Shown here: positions 24,735 through 33,493 of the stretch, piece by piece
Layout: each line of letters starts with the position of its first letter
Position numbering within the stretch: position 1 is the stretch's first letter
NCBI GenBank assembly: GCA_965208105.1
Contig: OZ242318.1
Span: forward strand, 1,216,001 to 1,280,000
DNA: 64,000 nt
Reading direction: 5' to 3'
DNA from: Candidatus Latescibacterota bacterium
Lineage (GTDB): Bacteria > Latescibacterota > UBA2968 > UBA8231
The notes under the pieces: model-generated
What the model was told of the DNA's origin: nothing
The model's database searches: none
What the model saw: only the letters and a program-made list of their open reading frames with translations
Made by a program: the position numbers and the translations under genes

Positions 24735-27458
24735 TCAGAGCAGGCCTCCGTACTCGGTGAAGCCGATCAGGGTGCGCACGAAGAAGGTCCAGGCGTGGAA
24801 GTTCTCGTCCCTGCGGGACGGCGCGTCGAAGGCGATGGAGTCCCGGTCGAACCCGACGATGGTGTAGAGGTCGTAGCCGAAATAGCGCGAGGGATTGGTC
24901 AGAGTGGCGATGAAGGTGCGGCGCTCGTAGCTCTCCAGCCTGCGCGCCCGGTCCTTGTAGCGATAGGGCAGGGGACCCCAGCCCTCGAGGCCGAGGCGCA
25001 GCACGGTCCGGCTCATGAGCTCGTAGTTCAACAGCAGAATGGGAATCACGTCGTACTCCCGGCGCATGAAGCGCCCGGTGCGCTGATCCACGAAGCGCAT
25101 GAAAAGGAGCTTGAACCGGGGCTCCAGGCTCAGACGGCCGCGGCGCCAGGTCCAGTCCACCCGGCTGACCGCGGTCCAGTGGTCCAGGCGCCGGCGGCGC
25201 GCCGGATATCCCGCCGCCGACAGCCCACCCTGCTGCCAGTTGAGCCGCAGCCGCGCCTTCTGCACCAGGTTGAGCGCAGACCCCAGCCGCAGCCGCGCTT
25301 CGAAGTAGGTCTCGCCCACGTAGCTGTCCTTGTAGAACAGGGGATCCCGGGTCAGCTTGGGCAGCAGGGTGTGGACCCCCCAATAGGAGCCCGTGTGCAC
25401 CGAGCTGCGGCGGTAGACGTCCTCGAAGCGGCGCTCGCGGTCCACCACGGTATAGGGATCCGGAATATCGTCCTGCACCCGGCGCCAGTGGCTCTCGAAG
25501 AAAAACTCGTCGGCGCCGTCCTCTTTGCGGAAGGTCAGCAGGGCGTAGGTGGACTCGTTGCGTCCGGGACCGGCGATCTCCTGCACGTGGAAGCGCCCCG
25601 CCCCCAGCGACCAGTAGCGGGTCAGATCGATCTGCGCGAAGACGTGGAAGCCGCGCTGATCGCGGTCGTAGGGGTAGTCCGGATCCCAGTCGTCCTCGCG
25701 CGCGTCGGGCTCGTCGTTGTTGTTGCGGTCCAGGCCGTAGACGTAGTCGTTGGGTTCCACGTCGTACATCAGGAAGGGCTCCAGATAGTCGGGCAGGCGG
25801 TTGTCGTTGCGGTTGGTGTCGGCGAAGCCGTCGTTGTCCTCGTCGCCGCCCAGGTAGACCCCGTCCAGGTCCCCGGAGTCGGGTTTGCTGTCGCCGTCGT
25901 CGTTGTCCTGGACCAGCCCGTTGTAGAGGGTATCCACCGAGAAGAATTCACCCCCCAGGCGCCCACCGGAGAACCGGTGGACGGCGTTGACGAACCAGGC
26001 TGGTCCGCGATCGGCGAAGCGCGGACTGAGGTCGAAGGCGGGGCGGTGATCCAGGTGGGCAGGATAGCGGCGGTAGATGGACGAGCGCGCGTACTCTGCG
26101 TGGACCTCGAGGCCCGGAAGGACGAGGTTCAGGTCGGTGCTGTAGACGAAATGGGCGGTCCACTCCCCGACCTCGAAACGCACCCTCCTGAAGTTGGATC
26201 CGTCCCCAACGTTTCCCCTGGCGCGAAACACGGCTCTGTAATGACCGGCCTCGAAGCGCTGCAGGTAGGTTTTGGCCCCCGGCCTGATTTCCCGGAGGGT
26301 AGACCAGCTGACCCGGCAGTCGTTGGCCACCAGGGCCTCCGCCTCCACCGAGACGATGTCCGGCTCCCGCGAAAGGTCGAAAAGGAATATCAGCTCCTCG
26401 TCACGCCCGGCCTGGAGCACTCCTCCTGGGTCGGCCAGCGCGAAGCGGTTGAGCAGCCCCGGCAGGTTGGTGTTGGCGCTCACGTCCACTCCGAGCTCGT
26501 GGTCGATGCGGTAGAGGTAGTCGGCGTAGAGCGGGATGTTGCGCCCGCGGGTGTAGTGCTTGGGGCGGAATACGCCCTCGGCCTGGGAAATCTGCCCCAC
26601 CTGGGTCAGCGCGCCGCTGCGATGGCGGATCGCAAAGGGCCGCAGGTCCGGCCGCCTTTCTCCGTTGACGATCAACTCCAGCTCCTGGACGGTGGAGCCG
26701 CCGCGGCCGTCGTCCGGGGAGTCGTCCTCGATCTTCACCAGCAGCCACGAGGCCATGCGCCGGTCGGAGCGCAATCTTCCCTTTAGGCTGTTGCCCGCGC
26801 GGTCACTCCGATAGACGTGGCTGTTGGCCCAGTTCAGGCCCAGGCTCAGGGCACCCAGGTCGGCCTGAAAGCGCTGGGCCAGCATCATGGAGGAGTTGCC
26901 CAGGTGGTGGCCCGAGCGGCGGGCGTGGGAGGTGGATTTCAGGCGCGGGGTGGAGACGTCCAGGCGCAGCCCGCTGGTGCGCGCCAGGGACATGGTCAGG
27001 GGGGTCAGAAACAGGGTCCCCGACGAACCCACTATGGCGCTGTAGCCCCAGCCGCCGTACCCGTCGCGCGCCACCACCTGGCCGCCGATGCTCTCGATCG
27101 CGCTGCCGCACTGCCGGCTGTTGTCGACCTCGCAGCTCAAACCGGGCAGGCGCCACTCGCGCCAGTTGTAGAAGTAGTATCCCTTGATGAGGCGGTTGCC
27201 CAGGGGACCGTAATAGATCCGCGGCGCGTCCCCGTAGGGTTCCTGGTGGTTCGGGTACTGGGTGTAGGTGTGGATGGCGTAGTTGCGGTAGGCAGGATGA
27301 GGGCGCCTGAGCAGGAATCTCTGCGCCGCCACCTCGGGCAGGGCAAGGTGGGCATCCCTGTCCTCGGCGCCGCCGCTGGCGGGGTGAACCAGGGAAAGGG
27401 AAAGAAGGAGAAGCGGCCACAGGCCCGGAGCGGGTGATCTCGAGCCTTCGGCGTCCAT
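24735..27458 (-). CDS. Hypothetical secreted or outer-membrane protein (907 aa) with Asp-rich Ca-binding-like loop
   Basis: Signal peptide, amphipathic beta-strands in the C-terminal third, and DEDNDGFADTNRNDNRLPDY..DRNNNDEPD. Paralogue of 27463-30417. Confidence 0.75.
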   Translation of the reverse strand: MDAEGSRSPAPGLWPLLLLSLSLVHPASGGAEDRDAHLALPEVAAQRFLLRRPHPAYRNYAIHTYTQYPNHQEPYGDAPRIYYGPLGNRLIKGYYFYNWREWRLPGLSCEVDNSRQCGSAIESIGGQVVARDGYGGWGYSAIVGSSGTLFLTPLTMSLARTSGLRLDVSTPRLKSTSHARRSGHHLGNSSMMLAQRFQADLGALSLGLNWANSHVYRSDRAGNSLKGRLRSDRRMASWLLVKIEDDSPDDGRGGSTVQELELIVNGERRPDLRPFAIRHRSGALTQVGQISQAEGVFRPKHYTRGRNIPLYADYLYRIDHELGVDVSANTNLPGLLNRFALADPGGVLQAGRDEELIFLFDLSREPDIVSVEAEALVANDCRVSWSTLREIRPGAKTYLQRFEAGHYRAVFRARGNVGDGSNFRRVRFEVGEWTAHFVYSTDLNLVLPGLEVHAEYARSSIYRRYPAHLDHRPAFDLSPRFADRGPAWFVNAVHRFSGGRLGGEFFSVDTLYNGLVQDNDDGDSKPDSGDLDGVYLGGDEDNDGFADTNRNDNRLPDYLEPFLMYDVEPNDYVYGLDRNNNDEPDAREDDWDPDYPYDRDQRGFHVFAQIDLTRYWSLGAGRFHVQEIAGPGRNESTYALLTFRKEDGADEFFFESHWRRVQDDIPDPYTVVDRERRFEDVYRRSSVHTGSYWGVHTLLPKLTRDPLFYKDSYVGETYFEARLRLGSALNLVQKARLRLNWQQGGLSAAGYPARRRRLDHWTAVSRVDWTWRRGRLSLEPRFKLLFMRFVDQRTGRFMRREYDVIPILLLNYELMSRTVLRLGLEGWGPLPYRYKDRARRLESYERRTFIATLTNPSRYFGYDLYTIVGFDRDSIAFDAPSRRDENFHAWTFFVRTLIGFTEYGGLL

Positions 27459-27462
27459 TGGT

Positions 27463-30417
27463 CTAGAACAAACGATCTCCGGCTCCGGGGAACCCGATCA
27501 GGGTGCGCACGAACAACGAAACCACGTCGAAGTTCTCGGCCTCGCGGAAGCGGGCGTCGAACTCCATGTCGTCCCTGTTGACCCCGACGATGGTATAGAG
27601 ATCGTAGCCGAAATAGCGCGAGTGATTGGTCACCGTGGCGGTGAGGGTGCGGCGATCGAAGCTTTCGAGCTTGCGCGCCTGGTCGCTGAAGCGGTAGGGA
27701 AGAGGTCCCCAGCCCTGGACCCCGAGGCGCAGCACCGTGCGGCTCATTAGGTCGTAGTTGACCTCGAGGATGGGAATCAGGTCGTACTCCAGGCGCATGA
27801 TGCGGTCGATGCCCTGGTCGACGTAGCGCAGCAGCATGAACTTGAACTTGGGCTGCACCCGCAGCCTGCCCAGGCGCCAGGTATAGTCCATCCGGCTCAC
27901 GGTGGACCAGTAGTCCAGCCGCCGGGTGCCGCTGGCAAGGCCCGGAGACAGGTGACGGCCTTGCTGCCAGTTGAGGCGGAGGCGCAGCTTCTGCACCAGA
28001 TTGAGGGTGGACCAGGGCCGCAGCCGGGTTTCCAGGTAGGCTTCCTCGACGTAGCTGTCCCGGTAGCGCAGCGGGTCGGCGCGCAGCCGGTTCTGAAAGG
28101 CCCGGTTGCCCCAGTAGCGGTGGTGCACGAAGTAATGGTAGATGCCGACGAAGCGGCGCTCCTGGGCGAGCACCGTGTACTCGTCCGGGATGTCGTCCTC
28201 CACCCGGCGGAAGTGGTTCTCGAAAAAGACGCGCCGCAGCCGGTCCACTCCCTCGCGGCGGTAGGTCAGCAGGGCGTAAGCCGATCTGTTCCGTCCCGAC
28301 CCGGCGATCTCCTCGACGTCGTAACGACCCGCCCCCAAGGACCAGTGGCGGCTCAAATCCACCTGGGCGAAGAGGTGGAAGCCGCGCTGGTCCTGGTCGT
28401 AGGGATAGTCCGGGTCGCGATCGTCCTCGCGCTGGTCCGGTTCGTCGTTGTTGTTGCGGTCCAGCCCGTAGACGAAGTCGTTGGGTTCCACGTCGTACAT
28501 CAGGAAAGGTTCGAGGTAGTCGGGCAGAGCGTCGCCGTCGCGGTTGACATCCGGGAAGCCGTCGTTGTTCTCGTCCTGGCCGAGGTGAACCCCGTCGGCA
28601 TCGGTGTCGGTGTCGTCCCGGTAGATGCTGCCGATGACGAAGCCGATGCGCTTGTCGGGGAATCCGTCCCCGTCCTCGTTGTCCTGTACCAGGTCCCAGT
28701 AGATGGTCTCGTTGGCCAGCCTGCTGATGTTGCTGCGGCGGACGCCAACGCCCGGATCCCAAAGTATGAAGTGGGACATGGTAGTGGTGAAACCGGGGTT
28801 CATGGCGAAGTACTCGGCGCCCAGGCGCATATGCCTCCACCAGCGCGTGGCATTGATGAAGTAGGCCGATCCCGCCTCCGCGAAGCGCGGGCTGCGGCCG
28901 AAGAGCGGCTCCTCGAGGGAGCGCGCCGGATAGCGCCTGTAGAGGGCGGAGCGGGCGTACTCCCCGTTGATCTCCACGCCGACCAGTTGCAGGTTGAGGT
29001 CTGCGCTGTAGGTGAAGATCGAGGTGCTCTCCCCCAGATCGACCCGCCTGCGCTCCAGGTTCGAAAGGTCCCGCACCTGCCCCGGTGCGCGCAGCACGGT
29101 GCGGTAGAAGCCGCTTCTGTACTTCACCTCATGGCCTTTGCCGCGCGGGTTGAAGTGCTCCAGGGTCGCCACCTCCACCCGGTAGTCGTTGCCCACCACC
29201 GCTTCCAGTTGCAAAGACTCCACGTAGGGTTCCTGCGCCACGTCGAAGATGTAGACCACCTGCTCTTCACCGTCGGCGTGCAGCGTCGCGTCGGGAGATT
29301 CCACCGCGATATTGGCCAGCAGTCCTTCCAGGATGGTATTCTTGCTCACGTCCACCCCGTCTTCGTGGTCGAGGCGGTAGAAATAGTCGGCGTAGAGGGG
29401 GATCTCGTTGCGCCCGCGGTAGAAGGGGAGGTTGACCGATCGCGGCGTCGTGTAGGGCCTGGGGATGAACCCGCCGGTGGCCTGGGAATAGGTCCCCACC
29501 TGGGGCCGGACCCCGGCCAGATGGCGCACCACTCTGGGCCGCAGGTCCGGGCGCGCCTCGCCGTTGACGATCAACTGCACCTCCTGCACCACCGCCCCCC
29601 CTCCATCCCCCGGCGAATCGTCGCTGAAGCGCACCAGAATCCGGTCCCACAGCGGCTGGTCCGAGCGCAGCACCCCTTTCATGCTGTTGCCGGGCTGGGT
29701 ACTCTGGTAGACGTGCATATTGGCGCCGTTCAAACCCAGGCGCAGGGCCCCCGCCTCACCCTGCAGGCGGCTGCCCAGGATCAGGGTGGAAGCATCGGCG
29801 AACTGTACGTTTTCGAAGTGCCACAGCGCATACACGTCATCTCCGGAATCCTTGATGTAGTAGGGACGCTCGATGCGCGATCCCAGGGCCGTGAATTTCA
29901 GATGGGGGGTAGCCACATCCAGGCGGATTCCGTTGAAATCCGTCCTCGACAGGGTCAGGGGCGAAAACCGCGCCACCAGACCGTCCCCCACCATGGCAGA
30001 GTAGTTCCAATTGCCGTAGCCGTCCTGTCCTATGGCGATATAGTTGAATACCTCGGTCCAGGTAGCTTCGTCCTTGCTGATGAAGCTGCCCCACTCCTGG
30101 CCCTCGCGGCGCTGCTCGCCCCAGTCGTAGAGCTTGAAACCGTTGAAAAGAAAGTTCCCCAAATCGTCGTAGAAGTAGACAGGTTTGTAGGAATCTCTCA
30201 GGGCTTCTGTCTGGGGGATGGTGTGGAACTTGTAGTTGTCGAAGTTGTCGAAGGCGAAATTGCGATAGGTGGGGTTTTCCCGGCGCAGGAAGGTGAGCCC
30301 GGGCATCACATCCGGAAGGGATACCCGATTTTCCTGCGCCGCCCCGCCGGCGGCCGTGCTCCACCCGGCGAGCAGGGCGATGAGGACCCTGAGGATGTGG
30401 GTGGGGGAAAAGCGCAT
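27463..30417 (-). CDS. Hypothetical secreted or outer-membrane protein (about 984 aa) with Asp-rich Ca-binding-like loop
   Basis: Start ATG 30417 after AAGGAG (MRFSPTHILRVLIALLAGWSTAAG); DENNDGFPDVNRDGDALPDY; ends FVRTLIGF...RLF. Confidence 0.75.
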   Translation of the reverse strand: MRFSPTHILRVLIALLAGWSTAAGGAAQENRVSLPDVMPGLTFLRRENPTYRNFAFDNFDNYKFHTIPQTEALRDSYKPVYFYDDLGNFLFNGFKLYDWGEQRREGQEWGSFISKDEATWTEVFNYIAIGQDGYGNWNYSAMVGDGLVARFSPLTLSRTDFNGIRLDVATPHLKFTALGSRIERPYYIKDSGDDVYALWHFENVQFADASTLILGSRLQGEAGALRLGLNGANMHVYQSTQPGNSMKGVLRSDQPLWDRILVRFSDDSPGDGGGAVVQEVQLIVNGEARPDLRPRVVRHLAGVRPQVGTYSQATGGFIPRPYTTPRSVNLPFYRGRNEIPLYADYFYRLDHEDGVDVSKNTILEGLLANIAVESPDATLHADGEEQVVYIFDVAQEPYVESLQLEAVVGNDYRVEVATLEHFNPRGKGHEVKYRSGFYRTVLRAPGQVRDLSNLERRRVDLGESTSIFTYSADLNLQLVGVEINGEYARSALYRRYPARSLEEPLFGRSPRFAEAGSAYFINATRWWRHMRLGAEYFAMNPGFTTTMSHFILWDPGVGVRRSNISRLANETIYWDLVQDNEDGDGFPDKRIGFVIGSIYRDDTDTDADGVHLGQDENNDGFPDVNRDGDALPDYLEPFLMYDVEPNDFVYGLDRNNNDEPDQREDDRDPDYPYDQDQRGFHLFAQVDLSRHWSLGAGRYDVEEIAGSGRNRSAYALLTYRREGVDRLRRVFFENHFRRVEDDIPDEYTVLAQERRFVGIYHYFVHHRYWGNRAFQNRLRADPLRYRDSYVEEAYLETRLRPWSTLNLVQKLRLRLNWQQGRHLSPGLASGTRRLDYWSTVSRMDYTWRLGRLRVQPKFKFMLLRYVDQGIDRIMRLEYDLIPILEVNYDLMSRTVLRLGVQGWGPLPYRFSDQARKLESFDRRTLTATVTNHSRYFGYDLYTIVGVNRDDMEFDARFREAENFDVVSLFVRTLIGFPGAGDRLF

Positions 30418-30530
30418 GTTCCCGTCTCCTTGGGGGTTGGTCGACGGCGGCGGGCGACGACGGGAGCTTGCCGCGAGGCATTCAGGGCCAGGGTCCAGCG
30501 CCCTGGTTGTTTCAAGGTAATTATACGAAT

Positions 30531-31349
30531 CTACATGAGCTTCTCCAAGCGCTCGAACATGGTCCTCGCCAGTTCCTCCACGGAAATTCCCTCCATCGCC
30601 GGCTGGTGGGTGGTGACGAACCCGTCGTAGCCGACCGCATGCAGGCCATCGAAGAAGCGCTCGAAGTCGATCCCCCCTTCCTCGCCGACCACCAGGCGGT
30701 CGTAGTGGACCCTGCCGTCGAGGGTCATGACGCTGCTGCTGCCGGTCTCCGACAGGCGCAGGTTCTGCAGGTAGACGTTGAAGATATGCGGCCCCAGCCG
30801 CTCGATGGCCTCGGGACCGTAGTCCTCGCCGCAGATGACCAGATTGCCCGGTTCGACGGTGATGCCGAAGTTGGGCCGATCGATGCGGCGCACCACGTCC
30901 AGGCACTGGTCGACGGTCTCGAAGAGGCTGTCGGAGTGGGTCTGATGCTGCACCCGGATCCCGCGCTCGGCGGCCTGGTCGCAGGCGCGCCGGGTCCAGG
31001 CCACGTCCTCCTCGTTCTTGATGGCGACGCGGATCAGGTCGGCGCCCAGCATCTCGGCGACGTCCACGTGGCGGCCGAAGTTCCTCTGCGGCTGTCCCGC
31101 TTCATCGGTGTTTGCCGCGATCACCGGATCGAGGGTCACCATGGAGGGCCGCAGGCCGTAGCGGTCGAGTATCTCGCGCATGGCGGCGATCTCCTCGTCG
31201 GGCGTTTTCACAGTCGCCTGGGAAGGCCGTATGCAAAGGCCTGCGTAGCCGATGGAGCTGGCCAGCCGGGCAAGCTCCTCGAAACTGATGGCGGTTCTGT
31301 CCTTGACGTGCTCCTCTTCGGCGATGCGGGCGGAAATCGACAGTTTCAT
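30531..31349 (-). CDS. Sugar phosphate isomerase/epimerase (xylose isomerase-like TIM barrel)
   Basis: Start ATG 31349 (MKLSISARIA), with GYAGLCIR, QTH, ITVEPGN and GYDGFVT. The usual metal ligands are partly substituted. Confidence 0.8.
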   Translation of the reverse strand: MKLSISARIAEEEHVKDRTAISFEELARLASSIGYAGLCIRPSQATVKTPDEEIAAMREILDRYGLRPSMVTLDPVIAANTDEAGQPQRNFGRHVDVAEMLGADLIRVAIKNEEDVAWTRRACDQAAERGIRVQHQTHSDSLFETVDQCLDVVRRIDRPNFGITVEPGNLVICGEDYGPEAIERLGPHIFNVYLQNLRLSETGSSSVMTLDGRVHYDRLVVGEEGGIDFERFFDGLHAVGYDGFVTTHQPAMEGISVEELARTMFERLEKLM

Positions 31350-31351
31350 GA

Positions 31352-32383
31352 TCAATCCTCGTACTTGAGTAAGACGCTCACGATTTCCTCGTGGCGGTCC
31401 AGCACCAGGTCGAAGGCGGCAGCTGCCTCCGCCACGGGAAAGGTGTGCGAGATCAGCGACTTGACGTCCAGTTTCTTCTGGGCTACCAGGAGGAGGAACT
31501 CCTCCATGTTGCGGTTGAGGGTCCAGCGCACGAAGTTGTAGGGATAGTCCAGCCCTTCCTCCTCGTAGACCGGATCGTGCCGTCCAGGTCCGTAGGCGCG
31601 CGAGACCAGAAACTCGGCTTCCTTGCGGTGCCACTGCAGGAACGGGATTTCCAGTTCCGCCAGGCCCACCACCACTATGCGCCCGTTCTTGCGCACCATC
31701 TCCAGGCACTGCTCCAGGGTACCGGCCCCCTGAGGCGCGGCGCACATCAGCACCACGTCGGCCCCCTGGCCGGCGGTGAAATCCAGCACCGCGTCCACCG
31801 CATTCTCGCGGTCGTTGAGCACCACCCTCTCGGCCCCCAGCCTGCCCGCCAGTTCCAGGCGCATTTCGTTGCGGTGCCCCACCACCATGACGTGCCCCCC
31901 GTTCAGGCGCGCCATCTGGGCGGCCATCTGTCCTATGAGGCCCGTCCCCAACACGACCACCCTGTCCCCCAGCCCGACCCTTCCCTGGCGCACCCCGTGC
32001 ATGGAATCGGTGCCCAGGGTGGCGAAGGCCGCCTCCTCGGGATCCACCCCCGCCGGAACCGGAGCGAACATGTTGCGCGGAATCGAGCAGTAGTCCCCGT
32101 GCCAGGCCATCTGCAGACCTCCGCCCGCCACCAGGTCGCCGGGGGCCGCGGGCTTGCCGCAGTCGGGACCCACCTCCTCTACGCGGCCGCAGTTGCTGCA
32201 CCCCAGGACCTCGGGGGGCTGGGGATCGGCAGCGCCCCGGCGGCTGCGGACGATCCACGATTCCGTGCCCGTATTTATCAACGAGTAGAGGGTCCGCGTC
32301 ACCACCCCGTTGGGCCGCGGTGTTGGCCTTGCGCCCTCCTGCACCGTCACCAGTCCCCGCCCATCGACTGCAACCTGCCTCAT
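31352..32383 (-). CDS. MDR / zinc-type alcohol dehydrogenase-like oxidoreductase
   Basis: SLINTGTE, VVVLGTGLIGQ and SRAYGPGRHDPVYEEEGLDYP..VRWT.NRN. Confidence 0.87.
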   Translation of the reverse strand: MRQVAVDGRGLVTVQEGARPTPRPNGVVTRTLYSLINTGTESWIVRSRRGAADPQPPEVLGCSNCGRVEEVGPDCGKPAAPGDLVAGGGLQMAWHGDYCSIPRNMFAPVPAGVDPEEAAFATLGTDSMHGVRQGRVGLGDRVVVLGTGLIGQMAAQMARLNGGHVMVVGHRNEMRLELAGRLGAERVVLNDRENAVDAVLDFTAGQGADVVLMCAAPQGAGTLEQCLEMVRKNGRIVVVGLAELEIPFLQWHRKEAEFLVSRAYGPGRHDPVYEEEGLDYPYNFVRWTLNRNMEEFLLLVAQKKLDVKSLISHTFPVAEAAAAFDLVLDRHEEIVSVLLKYED

Positions 32384-32425
32384 TTCCTTGCCCTTTCCGT
32401 ATATGGAGCCACGATCATATCCCGG

Positions 32426-33376
32426 TCAATCCTCGATCAGACCGTCCATTATCCGCTGCCCGAGCGCCATGGTCTTGACCGCCTCGTCCAGGTTGGCGGC
32501 GGGCAGCCCGATCTCCCTCCCGTCCCTGATGCACTCTATGAAGAAACGGTCTTCCAGCTCGGTGCCGTCCGGCCCATCCTTCGAAACTGGCCGGGTCTCG
32601 CCGTCCTTGTAGACCATAACCCCCTCGCGCTCGATATAGGCGCATACGTCCCTGCCGTGGATTTCGTAGCGCTCCAGACGCGGCGTGCTGGTCATGTTGA
32701 AGGTGAGCTGTGCGACGCAGCCGTTGGCGAAGAGAACCAGGGCCGCGTGCACGTCCTTGTGGTCGTGAACGGCGCGGCGCACCAAGCTGTGCACCTCGAC
32801 CACCTCGGCACCACCGAGAAAGCGCACCAGGTCGATGGCGTGAATGGGGGTCTCCCAGAGGAAATTGTCCAGCAGGTGCTCGGGGAACCGGTTCAGGTCC
32901 TCCAGGCGCGTCATGTTCTTGTGGAATTCTCCCACCAGCTGAACTATGGGACCATTGTCCCTGATCTCCTCGACCGCATTCCGGATCACCGGCTCGAAGC
33001 GGCGGTTCCATCCCACCATGCCCTGGGCCCCGCTGCGCGCCGCCGCCTCGTGCAGGCCCCGGGTCTCCTCCAGACTGAGTCCCGGCGGCTTCTCCAGAAA
33101 GGTGTGGACTCCGGCCTGCAGGCATGGCAGCGCGGCGATGGCGTTGATGTGCGCCGGTGTGGCGACGAATGCGGCGTCGAGCTTCTCGCTTCCCAGCATG
33201 TCCTCGATGCTGGCATAGCGCCCGGGAGCACCGAACTCCTCGGCCACGGCCTCGCGCAACTTCTCCACGGGGTCGCAGATGGCGGCGATCTCGACCCCTT
33301 CGAGGTTTCTGACGTTACCGAGATGCTGGCGGCCTTTGCCCCCCGCTCCCACCAGTGCGACGCGCAATGCGGACAT
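32426..33376 (-). CDS. Gfo/Idh/MocA family NAD(P)-dependent oxidoreductase
   Basis: VALVGAGG, FLEKPP, VGWNRRF and IHAID. Start ATG 33376 after GGAGGAGG. Confidence 0.9.
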   Translation of the reverse strand: MSALRVALVGAGGKGRQHLGNVRNLEGVEIAAICDPVEKLREAVAEEFGAPGRYASIEDMLGSEKLDAAFVATPAHINAIAALPCLQAGVHTFLEKPPGLSLEETRGLHEAAARSGAQGMVGWNRRFEPVIRNAVEEIRDNGPIVQLVGEFHKNMTRLEDLNRFPEHLLDNFLWETPIHAIDLVRFLGGAEVVEVHSLVRRAVHDHKDVHAALVLFANGCVAQLTFNMTSTPRLERYEIHGRDVCAYIEREGVMVYKDGETRPVSKDGPDGTELEDRFFIECIRDGREIGLPAANLDEAVKTMALGQRIMDGLIED

Positions 33377-33493
33377 GGTGCCTCCTCCATTGAGAATATT
33401 GATGATCCCTCCAGTTGCGCCGCCAGGGGCCGCAAGCTTCAGGCGCCGGGCCCCACCCCACGCCTTCGCCGGCAACTACGAGGATTCGTGAAA

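Noticed and set aside
25650-28700. Near-identical DNA blocks read as a mobile repeat or an assembly duplication (also 37895-40968)
   Set aside because: The identity is confined to conserved coding motifs of paralogues and is broken by synonymous changes and in-frame indels.
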